A stretch of DNA of 63,893 nt, filler included, from Reticulomyxa filosa (taxonomy: Eukaryota; Protista; Foraminifera), in the NCBI GenBank assembly GCA_000512085.1. It is 20 parts of 20 records of this genome, joined end to end, with 100 filler letters (N's around TTAATTAATTAA, not from the genome) between each part and the next. Parts side by side here need not be neighbours in the genome. Positions count along the whole stretch, not along the records: positions 1 to 1,009 come from ASPP01015535.1; positions 1,110 to 2,393 come from ASPP01046436.1; positions 2,494 to 5,285 come from ASPP01040065.1; positions 5,386 to 11,677 come from ASPP01020597.1; positions 11,778 to 14,029 come from ASPP01022637.1; 15 more parts are not named here. One strand, 5' to 3'. The notes under the pieces are model-generated. The model saw only the letters and a program-made list of their open reading frames with translations. It had not been told where the DNA came from and searched no databases. Below, in pieces: positions 1 through 12,820 of the stretch. The position numbers and the translations under genes are program-made. The first letter of the stretch is position 1. Every line of letters starts with the position of its first letter.

Positions 1-284
1 CAGACCCTGCTGCAAGCGCTGCAAGACATCGCCCAGGCCTACACCCGTCAACAAGGGTTGGCCGCACAGCTGGCACAGCGCCAGCAGGCCGCCGAGGCAG
101 CCGAACGGGCGTGGGAGCTGACTCACGACCGCTACCAGGGCGGCCTGGCCAGCTACCTGGACGTACTGAACGCCGAAGACAGCGTGATTGCCGCCCGCCG
201 CACGCTGACCCAGTTGCAAAGCCAGCAGGCACAACTGGACATGCCCTGACCAAGGCGCTGGGCGGCAACCACCAGCCCGCCTGA
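1..284 (+). CDS. Bacterial outer-membrane efflux factor (NodT/OprM family), 3' part
   Basis: GC-rich. RYQGGLASYLDVLNAE is a typical OMF motif. A 1-nt shift at about 243 restores the canonical end ALTKALGG, with TGA at 282-284. Confidence 0.85.
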   Translation, partial: DPAASAARHRPGLHPSTRVGRTAGTAPAGRRGSRTGVGADSRPLPGRPGQLPGRTERRRQRDCRPPHADPVAKPAGTTGHALTKALGGNHQPA

Positions 285-314
285 CCCGACAAAACCGATT
301 GAGGAAAACACATC

Positions 315-1009
315 ATGAGCGAACACACCCAAGCCCTCCCGCCACAAGACATGCCCACCGCTGCGGCCAACCCTGGCGCCCGCCGCCAAACCTGTTTGCC
401 CTGCTGGGCGGCGTGGTTGCCGTCGGCGCGCTGGCCTACGGCAGCTACTGGTATCTGGTGGCGTCCCACCACGTCAGCACCGACAACGCCTATGTGGCGG
501 CCGAAATGGCGCAGCTGACCCCCGAAGTGGGCGGCACCGTGCGTCAGGTCACCGTGGTGGATACACAGGCCGTCAAGCGCGGTGACGTACTGGTGGTGCT
601 GGACGATACCGATGCCCGCCTGGCGCTGGCGCAAGCCGAAGCCGAACTGGCACGCGCCCAGCGCCGCGTACAAGGCTATCTGGCCAGCGATGAAGGCCTC
701 AGCGCCCAGGTACAGGCGCGCGCCGCCGAGCAGGTGCGCAGCCAGGCACAGCTGGAATCGGCCCGTGCCGAACTGGAACGCGCGCGGCTCGATTACAACC
801 GGCGCCAGGCACTGGCCAAAAACGGCTCGGTGTCCGGCGAGGAAGTCAGCAACGCCCGCAGTACGCTGAACGTGGCCGAAGCGGCGTACCAGGCCGCCGA
901 AGCGGCCGCCAAACAGAGTGCGGCCAACCTGCGCGCTGCCGAAGGCAGCCTGAAAGCCAACCAGACTCTCACCCGCGACAGCAGCGTGGATACCAACCCG
1001 GAAGTGACG
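315..1009 (+). CDS. emrA: EmrA/HlyD-family membrane fusion protein, 5' part
   Basis: RBS GAGGA at 301, ATG at 315, one frameshift in an A-run near 388. N-terminal TM helix, then VSTDNAYV, the lipoyl-like motif VKRGDVLVVLD and a coiled coil. Confidence 0.88.
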
Positions 1010-1109
1010 NNNNNNNNNNNNNNNNNNNNNNNNNNNNNNNNNNNNNNNNNNNNTTAATTAATTAANNNNNNNNNNNNNNNNNNNNNNNNNNNNNNNNNNN
1101 NNNNNNNNN
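1010..1109. other. Artificial contig spacer (first of 19)
   Basis: 44 N + TTAATTAATTAA (stops in all six frames) + 44 N. The same spacer starts at 2394, 5286, 11678, 14030, 15177, 22454, 25742, 28644, 36179, 38665, 43143, 47780, 50163, 52323, 53904, 60258, 61692 and 62794. Confidence 0.99.
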
Positions 1110-2393
1110 ATTTGTTTGATTTGCAAACAAGTCGCCAACAACCCAATGGAAATAGATTGCTGTCAACATAAAAGCATTGATGAATTATTGATCGTCGGAG
1201 AGAATTGTTTGAAGCAATTTCTTAGTAAAAACCCAAATTCTTGTCCAATCGACAATCATAACAACTGTTTGTATTCTCAAAATCGATTAGCGAAACGATA
1301 CATTAATGAATTGGATGTGATATGTCCACGACAATTTGAGCTAGAACAAACGGCAACACAACAAGGACATGAAGAAGGAGAAACACCTGAGTTTGTGAGT
1401 TGTAATTTTAGAGGAAAAGTCAAACAGATGAATGATCATTTGGAACATTCTTGTTGTCTACAAATGGTTAAGTGTTGGTTTGAGTCATTTGGATGCAATC
1501 ATTCATGTTTGAAATCTGCAATTCATGATCATTTGACCTCAAATATGAAATTACACTTTGATTTGGTTATCAAATCTTTTGATACGTTACAACAAACTAT
1601 TCGACAATATCAGGTATCGTTATTTATTGATGATTTTAATAAAATAATATATATTCATCTTAAAAATAATAATAAATAGGATGAAATTAGAAAATTAAAG
1701 ATGGAAAATGAAAGACTTAAAGTGGAGTTGCAATTGAAAAGAAAAAAAGATAAAGAGATTTCAAATTTGAAACAACAATTGGAGCAATATCAAAAAGGCA
1801 AGGCATGTTATACCTTTCTTTCTATTTTCAATATGTCAAAATATCAAAAGCAAGAAAATGATAATTAAACAGAAAACAACATTGGTTGATATGGAAAAAT
1901 TAAAAAAGGATATCGAATCAAAAGATAATGAAATTCAAAAAATAAAACAAAAAATGCAAGTGAAAGAAAAACAAAAAAAGTCTGAAGAAAAAAATAAACA
2001 GATTAATGACAATAAAGAAGAACAAAAAGAAAATACCATGAATGATAATTCATCAACATCAATTAGTAACACATCAACCACTTCCAATTTTAAATTGGAA
2101 CGTTCTTTTAAATTACTTAAGACATTCACTGGACATACAGGCAATGTGTGGAGTATTGATTATTCAACATTTGATGATTGTCAATTCATTTGTTCTGGAT
2201 CACAAGATAAAACAGTTCGTGTATGGGATGTTGATAACAACAAACAAATTCAATCATTTAATGAACATTCAAATTATGTGTATTGTGCAAAATTTTCATC
2301 ATATCATTATCATAATCATCATCAAAATGTCATTTCCTCTTCATCATGGGATAAAACAATTCGTTTTTGGGATTTCAAACATAATAAGCAATT
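1110..2393 (+). CDS. RING/TRAF-like zinc finger + coiled coil + WD40 repeat protein, partial
   Basis: Cys/His pattern (CNFRGK..MNDHLEHSC..VKCWFESFGCNH), then WD40 repeats (FTGHTGNVWSIDYS..SGSQDKTVRVWD). In-frame introns at 1614-1679 and 1803-1872. Confidence 0.88.
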
Positions 2394-3039
2394 NNNNNNN
2401 NNNNNNNNNNNNNNNNNNNNNNNNNNNNNNNNNNNNNTTAATTAATTAANNNNNNNNNNNNNNNNNNNNNNNNNNNNNNNNNNNNNNNNNNNNTTTTAGT
2501 TTTGTTAAAATATTTTTTCTGGCAAAATAGCAATCGTACTGATAGCAATTTCCCAATAAAGAAAACATTTGCAAAGCGAATAACAAATGAAAAATAAAAG
2601 TTTGCTTATTTTTGAGAGATTCTCAGTTTATACAATTATAATTATATGTTGTAAGATTTTTGCAATACTAAACAGGCTCAAAAGAACATATTTTGCGATT
2701 TGCTTATGATGTTCAACAGAAACTTTTTTACTGTAGCATAACATTTTCTTCCAATTTCTTTGGCTGTGACATGTTTCACTATAAACATTTTTTACTTTTG
2801 TCAATGTATTTTTAAAAAGTGTAATGCATATGCTTTTTTTTTCCACTTTATAATTTAAAAAATTCTGATAGACCGAGCATTGAGTTGGTAAATAAAAAAA
2901 AAAATTGCATCTTTTTTCAAAACTAAAAACAAGATTGGAAAAAGATCACATTTCTACTGCAAAGCGAATAAACGATAGTGATTTGTAAAATATGAGCCAG
3001 TAAAAAGACCTTTTTCCAATTGTGTTAATTGAGATTCTA

Positions 3040-3500
3040 TAAGTTCCATTTTGATACCAATAATTTCAGGATTCGTCGCTCACAAGGGTCAATGTACTTT
3101 ACATTGTCAGTCCGTCCTCGCATCAATAACGCAGATGTTTCAGCAATTCTTGTTGCAATCGTCACTTCCCATTTTGGCGTGTCCATCAAATGTTCCGTCG
3201 TTGGCATTGGGGCCACACTGTGTTCAATAAAGGGGATCATTCGAATCATTGCCAATATATTTTACAACGCAGGTGCCTTCTTCTGCCAACAGAATGTGGT
3301 CTCCGACGCTCAAGTGGATATCGCGCTTGACACTATTGGCCTGCGGTGTCATGTTGAATGGCTCGTTGATGATCGAACCCCAAGTTTTCGATGAGATGCT
3401 TTGGTGTGCGCGAAAAAGCCAATTGTGCTGGTCCATGCCCTTTGAATGTCCCGATCATAGCATTGGCATCCCACTCGTCCAGTTCCACTCCAAGAGAGTC
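3040..3500 (-). pseudogene. Decayed multi-CAP-Gly domain gene
   Basis: Fragments LGVELDEWDANAMIGTFKG, VGDHILLAEEGTCVVKYIG, PNANDGTFDG and RGRTDNVKYID..PEIIGI lie in different frames with stops. Confidence 0.65.
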
Positions 3501-5429
3501 TTTGTTAATCCTTTCTCAATTTCATCAAAGGTTCCATGTAGTGGACGATCACAAATTCGCAATTCGACTGCATATCGCTGCATACAAGCTCATTTCGGAT
3601 AATTGTAGGAATATATTTTGTCAATGTTTTTCATCGTCAACCATGTCTCGTAGAAGATTTGCCATTGCCATCATGGCCTTGAGCGAGTGCTTTATCCAAT
3701 ACTTTCATTTCTATTGATTCCTTTCATATATATATATATATACATATATGTGTATATAAATATATTTTTTTATTATGTCATTTGTTCATTTGAATAAACA
3801 AAACAAAACTACAAATTATTATTAAAATAAACCTGTTCGTCCTTGCAGCTATTTCAACACGATAATGCTGTCCCCACATCAACAACTCGTTTTGATTTTA
3901 ACTTTTTCTCGATCTTTGCTGATGGTGGTAAACCGATGACTCAATTCAAACGCGTTGTCTTGCACATTTATGTCTTCGGTGATCACCATGCTCGATCTAT
4001 CCGTTGACTGATAATTCGAAGAAGAGGGGGGGGTGGCTTGTGAGTGATGGAATAGCCTTTTGCGATTTGGTCCAATGTGGCTTTGTTTATAAACTTGTTT
4101 GAAAAGATATGCGAAGAAGCTGGTTCATGGTATTTCTTTGTCACAATGTTGTCTTTATTCTGTTCGTCCAGCTGCTCAAAATTTTCAGAATTTATTATCG
4201 TTGTTAATTTCAAGATATTTTGATATTGTATCATCGGATTGATTTTGTGTACATCTACCGGATTTTCATCTGCTTTCTTTTCAGTATTGAATATTTTTTC
4301 CACTTATGATAATTCCAAAAAAAAAGATACAAATAAATGATTGATAACTTTGTTATTCTTTGTTTTTTTTTTGGACAGTCAAAGTATTGAAGTATTAGCT
4401 CGAATGTTTTGAATGGGTTTTTAGCTTTTCTTTATTTGGTCACAATAGCGACAAAAAAAATAAAAATAATCAAATAAAAAAAGTTTTTGGTAACAAGTAC
4501 TAAAAAAAAAACAACTAATACGTATATTAACACTGAGAAACGTCGTATAACAATTGACCCCCTTTTTGTGATGTTTTTTTATAATTCCACGTACTGATTA
4601 TTAATGGATCATCAATTTCGATTGATGAACAAAAGATGAACTTTATTTTTTATTGTCAAGATGGAGTATGATCGAATATCTGATTTATTTATTTATGAAT
4701 AATTTCATGTATTATTCGCTTTCAAAACAAACGAAATTAATATCATCACTTTGATTGTGAAGATAGATAATAAAACGCCAACCTGAATATTGCCCAGGAG
4801 AGACCACAATAGACACACGCATTTGTTTAGACCGCAATAACAGCACCTTTTTTTTGAATGATGTTGTTATTTTGGTTATCTTGGGTTTACGCTGACTCTG
4901 TTCTTTCTTTTTCGGCGACTGTTACATTTTTGCAGAGAAGGGATCCCTGGGAAGCAAGCTCCATGTTGTATACTTTTGGCTTGTTTGATTGTTTGAAGAG
5001 AAGAGTCAAGCCACATTCGTGATGTATAAGAGAACTTTCTCTAAAAAGGGAAACTTTTTCTTCCAGAGAAAAGTCGTTACTCAAGAAAAAAGTAAGGACT
5101 TGTTCCAAAAAAAAATTCTAATTTTCAATTATCTGTTTTGGAATTATAAATCAAAAATGAAATAATATAAAAATTTGAACAATTATTTTTTTCAAATTGT
5201 TTTGTCAAAAATGTCAAAATATTACAAAAAATTACAAATTTACATCTTTTTTATAAACATTTATGAGTTGTGCATTTATGTCTTANNNNNNNNNNNNNNN
5301 NNNNNNNNNNNNNNNNNNNNNNNNNNNNNTTAATTAATTAANNNNNNNNNNNNNNNNNNNNNNNNNNNNNNNNNNNNNNNNNNNNTTTTTTTTTTTTTTT
5401 TTTATTTTAAAAAAAAAAAAAAAAAACAA

Positions 5430-5622
5430 CAAAACACACACCAATTGCACGCCACTTGTTGTTGTTGGTGATGAGGGGGGGACGAATGCAGTTTCGGTGA
5501 AATGTCACATTAAACAGCGAACTGTTTTTTCTACAATCATGCGGGAAATTCAACTGTATGTTTTCAACGACATCTTCGTGTGGACTAATGAGCAAAACAA
5601 GGTAACAAACACATACACAAAT

Positions 5623-5653
<31 letters not shown>

Positions 5654-8600
5654 ATACCACATATGAGGATGACATGTGGGAGCAGTGATAATAGCCGCTC
5701 TTTTTCGTTTCGTTTCGTTTTAATTTCACAAAGCCTTTCTTATATGCGAATTGATCTTTGTATATGTATATGTATATATGTATATATGCATATATGTGCA
5801 TATGTGTATATGATGGCACTTGAAAAAATGTAAAACAAAAATGACATAATTTTGCAGGTGAAAGGGAGTTGCAATTATGTGGACGACACATTCGAGTGGC
5901 AAACGTCGCTCGATACACCGAAACTGTGTTTTGGCGTGTTGAAAAGACAACACGAAGTGGTGTTCAACTCAATGGACGATCGAGAGCGCGTGGTTCAATG
6001 CATCGAACGAAACCGTCGGTCGGTGGCATCGAGTCCAGAAGTGTTTATGCGTTCGTATACACCAATGCACTCCCCGACAGGCCATAGCATCAACATTGAG
6101 CCAAGGCTTTCGGGTGCGATTCTTGAACAACAGCCCACCGAGTCTGCAGGAGAGGACGCAGAAGACGAACACGAAGAAGAAGACGACGACGACGAGGAGG
6201 AAGAAGAAGAAGAAGAAGAAGAAGAAGAACATCACTCCTCACTTATTGCAAATGATTCATTTGCATTGATTTTGCCAACTAATAGTCTCGAAGAGGACGA
6301 GGATTTGGACAGCAGTGAAAATCCAAATTTAAAAAGAAACAGCCAATTCTATTCCAATACTCACAGCGCGGTGCAGCCACGACGCGCGGCCATGTCGAGT
6401 GATAACAATTCCAGACCTGTCCATGAATTGACGTCACGGAGTAGTCACACCTCGTTAATTTCCTCGATAAATTTGGACTCACTGTCGCATTCGTTGGCTG
6501 AGTTTGAGCAACCCAACACAGTTTGATCGTTTCCGTCTTGTGCACTCACTTATGACATATATATATATATATATGTGTATGTATGTGATGTGTTGCACAC
6601 AGAAGAAATCAACAGAACCTTGTTCGGCAATGAACTTCCTTTTGGTGGATCGCACCAAACTATTTCGAGGAAAGACGGAAGCAAGGGAAGAAATCGACAC
6701 AAGCAACTATGCAAACTCTCACGCGGATACACATCCAGAGGATGACCTGTTTTATCTCCGTTGCAACAGCGGTGAACTTGGCAACGAAAAGAAAAAGCCG
6801 ACTCAAAAAAACAATGGTGTCACATTTCAGTCAATGCATCGTCGTCGATCGAGCTTGCCTTCCAATCTCAACGACGTCCTCGACTCCACAAAGCCAAAGC
6901 ATTTCACCAATTCACAACGTTACGAGAAAGAAAAGTCTCCTGAGCTGAATAAAGCCAATATCAATGCCAATATCAATATCGATGTTTTAAACAATGCAAA
7001 TGTAACAACAAAAATGAAAACTGCCAATATCAATGTCAATATCAATGCTAATATTAATGCCAATGCCAATGCCAATGCCAATGCCAATGCCAATGCCAAT
7101 GCCAATGCCAATGCCAATGTTTCAAAAACGGAGATCAACTCATCCCAAAAAGTCGGGAGCACGGATGAGGTGACCTTTCGTGAAGAGGAAAGAGACGCAT
7201 TGTCGCCATTACCTCGGGATAACTTTGCGGATTTGAACTTGACGTATACGCGCAAGCTTATGCAACCCGTTGCCAATGCGACGAGTAAAGACTCCACTTG
7301 TCCCTGTCCATCAGGGGGAGGCGGAGGAGGAACAGAAGAAGTTCAACGCAAATACTCATCCATGTCCGATGACTCATCTTGCAGCAGCTTTGAAAAAGAT
7401 TCTGTGGAGGAGGACTTGTTTGTGAAAAAGCAATCGTTTGGAATGAACACGTCCAAAGCACGAATCGACGAAGAAGCGAATCGAATGCAAGATAAGTCGC
7501 AAGAGCAACACAAGACGAGAAGAAAGACAATTGGGGACAGCTATTATCGCCAGATCAAATCGGATGAATCTCGTCCAGACAAAGCCCAAGATCGTATCCC
7601 TACCTCTACGTCCACGATGGCTGTTTCGACATTGGCTCCAACGTTGGCCCCTACTCTCGCTGCTCCCACTCCCACTTCTGCGTCGTCGGCGTCCATTATT
7701 GTGTCTGTTTCTGCTCATCCTTCCACTTTGAGTCCCACTGCTGCTGTCGCTTCAACCACAACTGCACCTCTTGGCGGTGCGAAGAAAGGTGGAGGAGGTG
7801 GAGGAGGAGGAGGAGGGGGAGGAGGAACCAGTCTTTTGCGTGAAACGATGGATGATGCAATGTATCAGTTCATCTTCAGTCGCATTCATGCAAACAAAGC
7901 GGCTTGGAAAGACTTGTTCGATGACCCCGACATGTACTACACGCTGCTCGCGGAATACCCGGCCAATGGCAAGTTCATCGACTTCATTTATGACAGTGGA
8001 GACAAGGGACATGTTCACCCCTTTTCGCTGTACTTTCAACAATTGCACGACCCGAGCTTTGAATATGGACAGCCGGACGACGATATCAAGGCCGATTATT
8101 TGAATCCTGAAAATGTACAATCAGAAACAATATCGAAGAATAACAATAACAATAACAATAACAATAATAATAACAATAATGATAACAGTGAACGAGACGA
8201 AGGGACTCACAATAAACAAAAGGATAAAAATACGACAGACAATGTCACGACGAAATCGAATTTAGCATTGCCAAGTGGAAGTGGGGAGTTACATGCAAAC
8301 ACGAATAAACCAAGCCAAGGCAATTCGCTTCGTCTCAGAGACGACAACGGAAGAAGCTTGTCCTTGTCCACATTGGGTCCTTCTGCGTCTGCTTGCATAA
8401 GTTTGGACGATGAGGAGGAAGATGAACACGAACACGAACACGAACATGAACATGAACATGAACATGAGCACGAATATAGACATGGACATGGACATGGACA
8501 TGGACATGACAATGAAACAGAGTCCTTGGTCGGAGGGGAACATGCTGCCAATGGCATCCCTTTTCCGGCTATCGAGTTTCCTGCTTTGAATAGCGTGTAT

Positions 8601-9768
8601 CTCGACTTGCATCACGTTAAACGCAAGTACTCTGTGCTGATGGCCGCGTACTTGGACTTGCTCAAAGAGGTCAAAGAAAAAAGAGAGGATTTAGCCAAGA
8701 GTCAACAGACCGTGACCGAGTTAGAAAAGCTCTTGCAAAAAGCCAATGCCAAATTACAAAGTGCTGGAAAAACTGAAAAAGTGTTGCGAGATAATCTGCA
8801 AGCCCATCAAAAGGCTTTGGATCCAATGCGACCACGAAGTGAACAGTTGCAATCAACTCTCCATCAATACAACTTCAATATCACCTCTCCACACGGAAGC
8901 GAGGTCAGTGTTGCCCCGTCGCAGAACTCTCACAACAGCTTTTATTTTCGTCGTCCCAATTTCACACATCCAAATCAACGTCGCTCTTCTATTATTAGTA
9001 ACATGGCAGTTGTTGGAAGTGGAAATGCTCGATCATTTGTAGTTACAATACATATGTGTCTATTGTAACTTATAAATGTAGACAATCACTTCCTATATAC
9101 ATATATATATACATATATAGGACGAAGTGAATACATCTGGTACTGCTCTTCCTTTACATGAATCCAGTCAGACAATGTCCCCGTTAATGCAATCATCCGC
9201 ATCTCCTAGTCCTAATCCGGTGAAACCAAAAACTAGTCGTAGTGGAGCTCGTCGTGTTGAAATTCAAAGTGGTGATCTTCGAAATAACTCCACACAACAT
9301 CAACTTCGGTCTCATAGAAGAGCTACGTCATTTTATATTCCCAATCCCAACAAAGGCTCTGCCATTAATGACAGCATTCGACCCACTCTGGCGATCTCAC
9401 CACTGCTTCCTTTGAACAGCTTGACCAGAAGTAGCAGCAATTCACTCAACTACCCACTTGCCTCGTCCCATCATACTCCGCAATCCAGTGCACGCAAGCG
9501 TTTATCTTCGCAAGGCACAACGTTCAGTGATTTATCCAATCCTGGTAATAAGCAGCGACCATCCATTTCTGCTCAACCAAATCCTCCGGCTACGGTTCAG
9601 TCCGATGTCCGAAGTCTTCAAAAACATCCGAAGCAATTAGTGCGGTCCCAAACCACTGGAAACGCTGAGCAATATTTCCATCAAACCACTTGGCCGAAAA
9701 AGAATCGGAGGTTGCACAACTCAACTGAAGATCAAGGTGATGTAACCCAGAAACAAGATACGGAGTGA
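5430..9768 (+). CDS. PH-domain protein (RhoGEF-type PH) with long low-complexity tail and coiled coil, 5' partial
   Basis: EIQLYVFNDIFVWT resembles DH-associated PH domains. Phase-0 introns at 5602-5857, 6521-6602 and 9039-9120 join the track ORFs in frame. Confidence 0.65.
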
Positions 9769-10539
9769 ATGTTCAACTTTTTTTTCTTTGGTGTCAATAT
9801 TAAGAAAAAAAAGGGGGTGTCGTGCTTGCAATGTTTTTTAAAAGAAATACGATGTAATATTTTTTTTTTCTTGTTTGTTATGCATTTTTGTTTTTTTTTT
9901 CTTTGCTGACGGTGAATGGTCACCATCTATTATTGGATTTGTGTGTTTTGTTTTTGTTTTTCGTGTGACGGCGGCAAACAATAAACGTAAAGTTTCGCTG
10001 AGTATATTTTTTGTTTTGAACTGACGATTGCCAAAATTTTAAAACGAACACAATACTAGTATGTTGGATAGATGAATTTTATTTTTATCTTGAAAAAATA
10101 GTTTCGTTGCTAAAGTAGTGTAACTACACAAAATCAGAACAATACGTAAATTTCAAAAAGCAGTTGATATTAATAAATAAAGCAAAACTGATTTAAATTC
10201 AAATGTCAAGGAATTGCTCGAAAATAGATCTGTCTTTTTGTGAAAAACAGCTATTCCGAAAAACAATAACAATTGATCCGGACAATGGAAATAAATGTGC
10301 AAAAAAGTTATGTACCTTTTCAATAATTTTTTGTAGAAGCATTGACAATTTCAGGCCATCTTTCTAAACGAAGCCGAGGTTATGTAAATAGAGAAGAAAA
10401 AAAAAACAAAAAAATTTGATGATATATTTTTCTGAGTTTCGGAGGACCACGTTTTGAAAATAGTCAACAAGCTGACCCTCTAAAAAAGCTCGTTCTTTTG
10501 GTTTTCTATAAACAAAACAAAAAAATAAATTGTGCATAG

Positions 10540-11636
10540 TTATAATCGTCCCCAAAGTCGAACTGTTCCATCTTTAGAACAGGATACAATTCGATTTCCA
10601 TCAGGCGAAATATCTATCCCTGTAACACCTTTTTCATGTCCGTTCAGTGTCTGTGTTTCGTCTCCCAATTTTACATCCCAAAGACGGATTGTTTGATCGT
10701 CAGAGCATGATACAATCGTTTGACCATCCGAAAAGTATTTTACATCCCGTACAGCATTGGAATGTCCTTCTAATTTTTTTATTGCCTCACCTGTTTTAGT
10801 GCTCCAAATGCGAACTGTTTTATCTCTTGAGCAGGAGACAACAAAGTGATCATCTGGTGAAAATCGTGCTTTGAGAACGTGGTTTGTATGTCCTGTTAAT
10901 ATTTGCAGTGGTTTAAGCAAACTCCAATTCCATATTGTAGCTGTGGTATCATCGGATGCTGTAACAACTGTGAAATCGGTTTGAGATGCTTGCACGCTGT
11001 TGATTGTCTTTTTATGTCCAGGATGAGTTATTACATCTTCCACAGAATCCTCATCCCACGCCCGAATTGTACAATCAGCGGAGCCGGATAGAAAGCCACC
11101 ATAAAATAAAAATTGAACGCTGGTTACCCCATTCCAATGTCCAAGGAATACTCTGATTATTTTTTCAGTTTTTACATCCCACAATAGAATTGTTTGATCG
11201 GTTGAGCATGATACAATCTGATTGCCGTCGGGTGAGAATTCTGCATCGGTAACAGAATCAGAATGTCCTTGTAGCACGTGGACCTCTTTGTTCAGCGTGA
11301 TGTCCCATATCCGAATTGTCCCATCACTCAAAGCAGAAACAATTTGAGTGCCATCTGGTGAAAATCGAGAACTGTTTACAGTGCCGAAATGTTCTTGCAC
11401 AATTTTTAATTGCTTGAAGTATCTCATCTGTTGTATTGTCATGCTTGGGCGTAGAAGTGTAGAAGCGTAGAAGTGTAGAAGGAAAAAAATAAATAAATTC
11501 GGTTCAATAAAAATAAAAAGTATCCACATACCATGACGTATCGAGCAATCATGACTGTAAGATCTTCGGGCCATTCAAAGCTGAGCAGTAACAACCGAAG
11601 CCAGTGTTCAACAGTGATTTCGACTTCTTTGAATCT
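10540..11636 (-). CDS. WD40 repeat (G-beta-like) protein, 5' partial
   Basis: About seven GH..WD repeats. Upstream exon RFKEVEITVEHWLR..IARYVM joins via intron 11428-11531 (GTATGT..CAG). Confidence 0.92.
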
Positions 11637-11777
11637 CTATTGTTATTGTTATTGTTATTGTTATTGTTATTGTTATTNNNNNNNNNNNNNNNNNNNNNNN
11701 NNNNNNNNNNNNNNNNNNNNNTTAATTAATTAANNNNNNNNNNNNNNNNNNNNNNNNNNNNNNNNNNNNNNNNNNNN

Positions 11778-11813
<36 letters not shown>

Positions 11814-12440
11814 ACAAGTATTTAACTTGTGGAAATCCCATTTCTCATTGATGTACAATTGCAACCATGTCTTAATAGTGTCCAGGTCCGATGCGAGTTG
11901 AGCCACTTTGATAATGGTGACGACGACGTCGGGGTTACAAAGGTTGAAATGCTTCCATCCATACGACACTCGCTTATCTCCGGTCTTGGGTGGTGGGACA
12001 TTGCTTTCGTTTTGACTTTTGCTCCCACTTCTGTAGTATGAGTAATGCAAATGCATCAAAAAATCCGCATAAATTGCTTTCTGTTTGTCCAATGGGGCTC
12101 GATTTTTTTCCAGCAATTCCATCATTTTGCAATACTCACTAAACAATGGGTAATCGGACACACTCGTCCGGTTCCTTCGCTCGTTCTCATTTCTGATCGA
12201 CACTTGCCACAACTGCGCCCAATTCTTGCCCAATTGTGCTAAACTTGTCGATCCCTTCAAACGGTTAAATCGCTCCTCTTTATCTTTTTTTGTCATGTTC
12301 TGCGGTGCGTCCGGTATCGACTGAAGGATTGTATCCCAATCCGCTGTTCGCTGCCACGACACAACGTTGCTCAAATAGCGAGAGAAAGGACAATGTCGAG
12401 ATGGCACAAAACTTCTCATGACTACATACAGATGAAACAT
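11778..12440 (-). CDS. Hypothetical protein, possibly mitochondrion-targeted, 3' partial
   Basis: Open frame of more than 200 codons. The N-terminus is Arg/Ser-rich and lacks acidic residues. Confidence 0.55.
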
Positions 12441-12820
12441 ATTGTATGATTTTTTTTTGTTCCTGACTTACTGAACACCTACGGAGCAACCAACAAATTC
12501 AACATTGTTTTGTTACACGCGCAAAAACAAATACTTGTATTGCAAAAAATACTTCACTTGAATTAATATTCTAATGCATTTTTTTTTTTGGAAAGAGAGA
12601 CTAATGTAGCTCGTTCATCATATACATTACATAATTTCATTCCTGCACGACCAAGACATACTTAGATGGTTACTTTTTTTTCTTTGAAGCAACTGCGATC
12701 TTTTAAAAACTGTGAGAGCTTTGAAAAGTCGGTGATTTGTTTAAACGAGAAAAAGAAACTTGATTTCCCCTTTAGTTCACTTTTTCATTAAGGAATTGGT
12801 TAAGCCACAATAGCAAAGAA

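Noticed and set aside
1054-1065. TTAATTAATTAA recurring 19 times, as a possible biological repeat or CRISPR-like array
   Set aside because: It is always centred in identical N padding, so it is an artificial six-frame-stop linker.
6920-8615. Antisense ORFs such as (LA)n, (SC)n and (MF)n, and similar ones at 36332-36649 and 39409-39859
   Set aside because: They are shadows of microsatellites or of real genes on the opposite strand.
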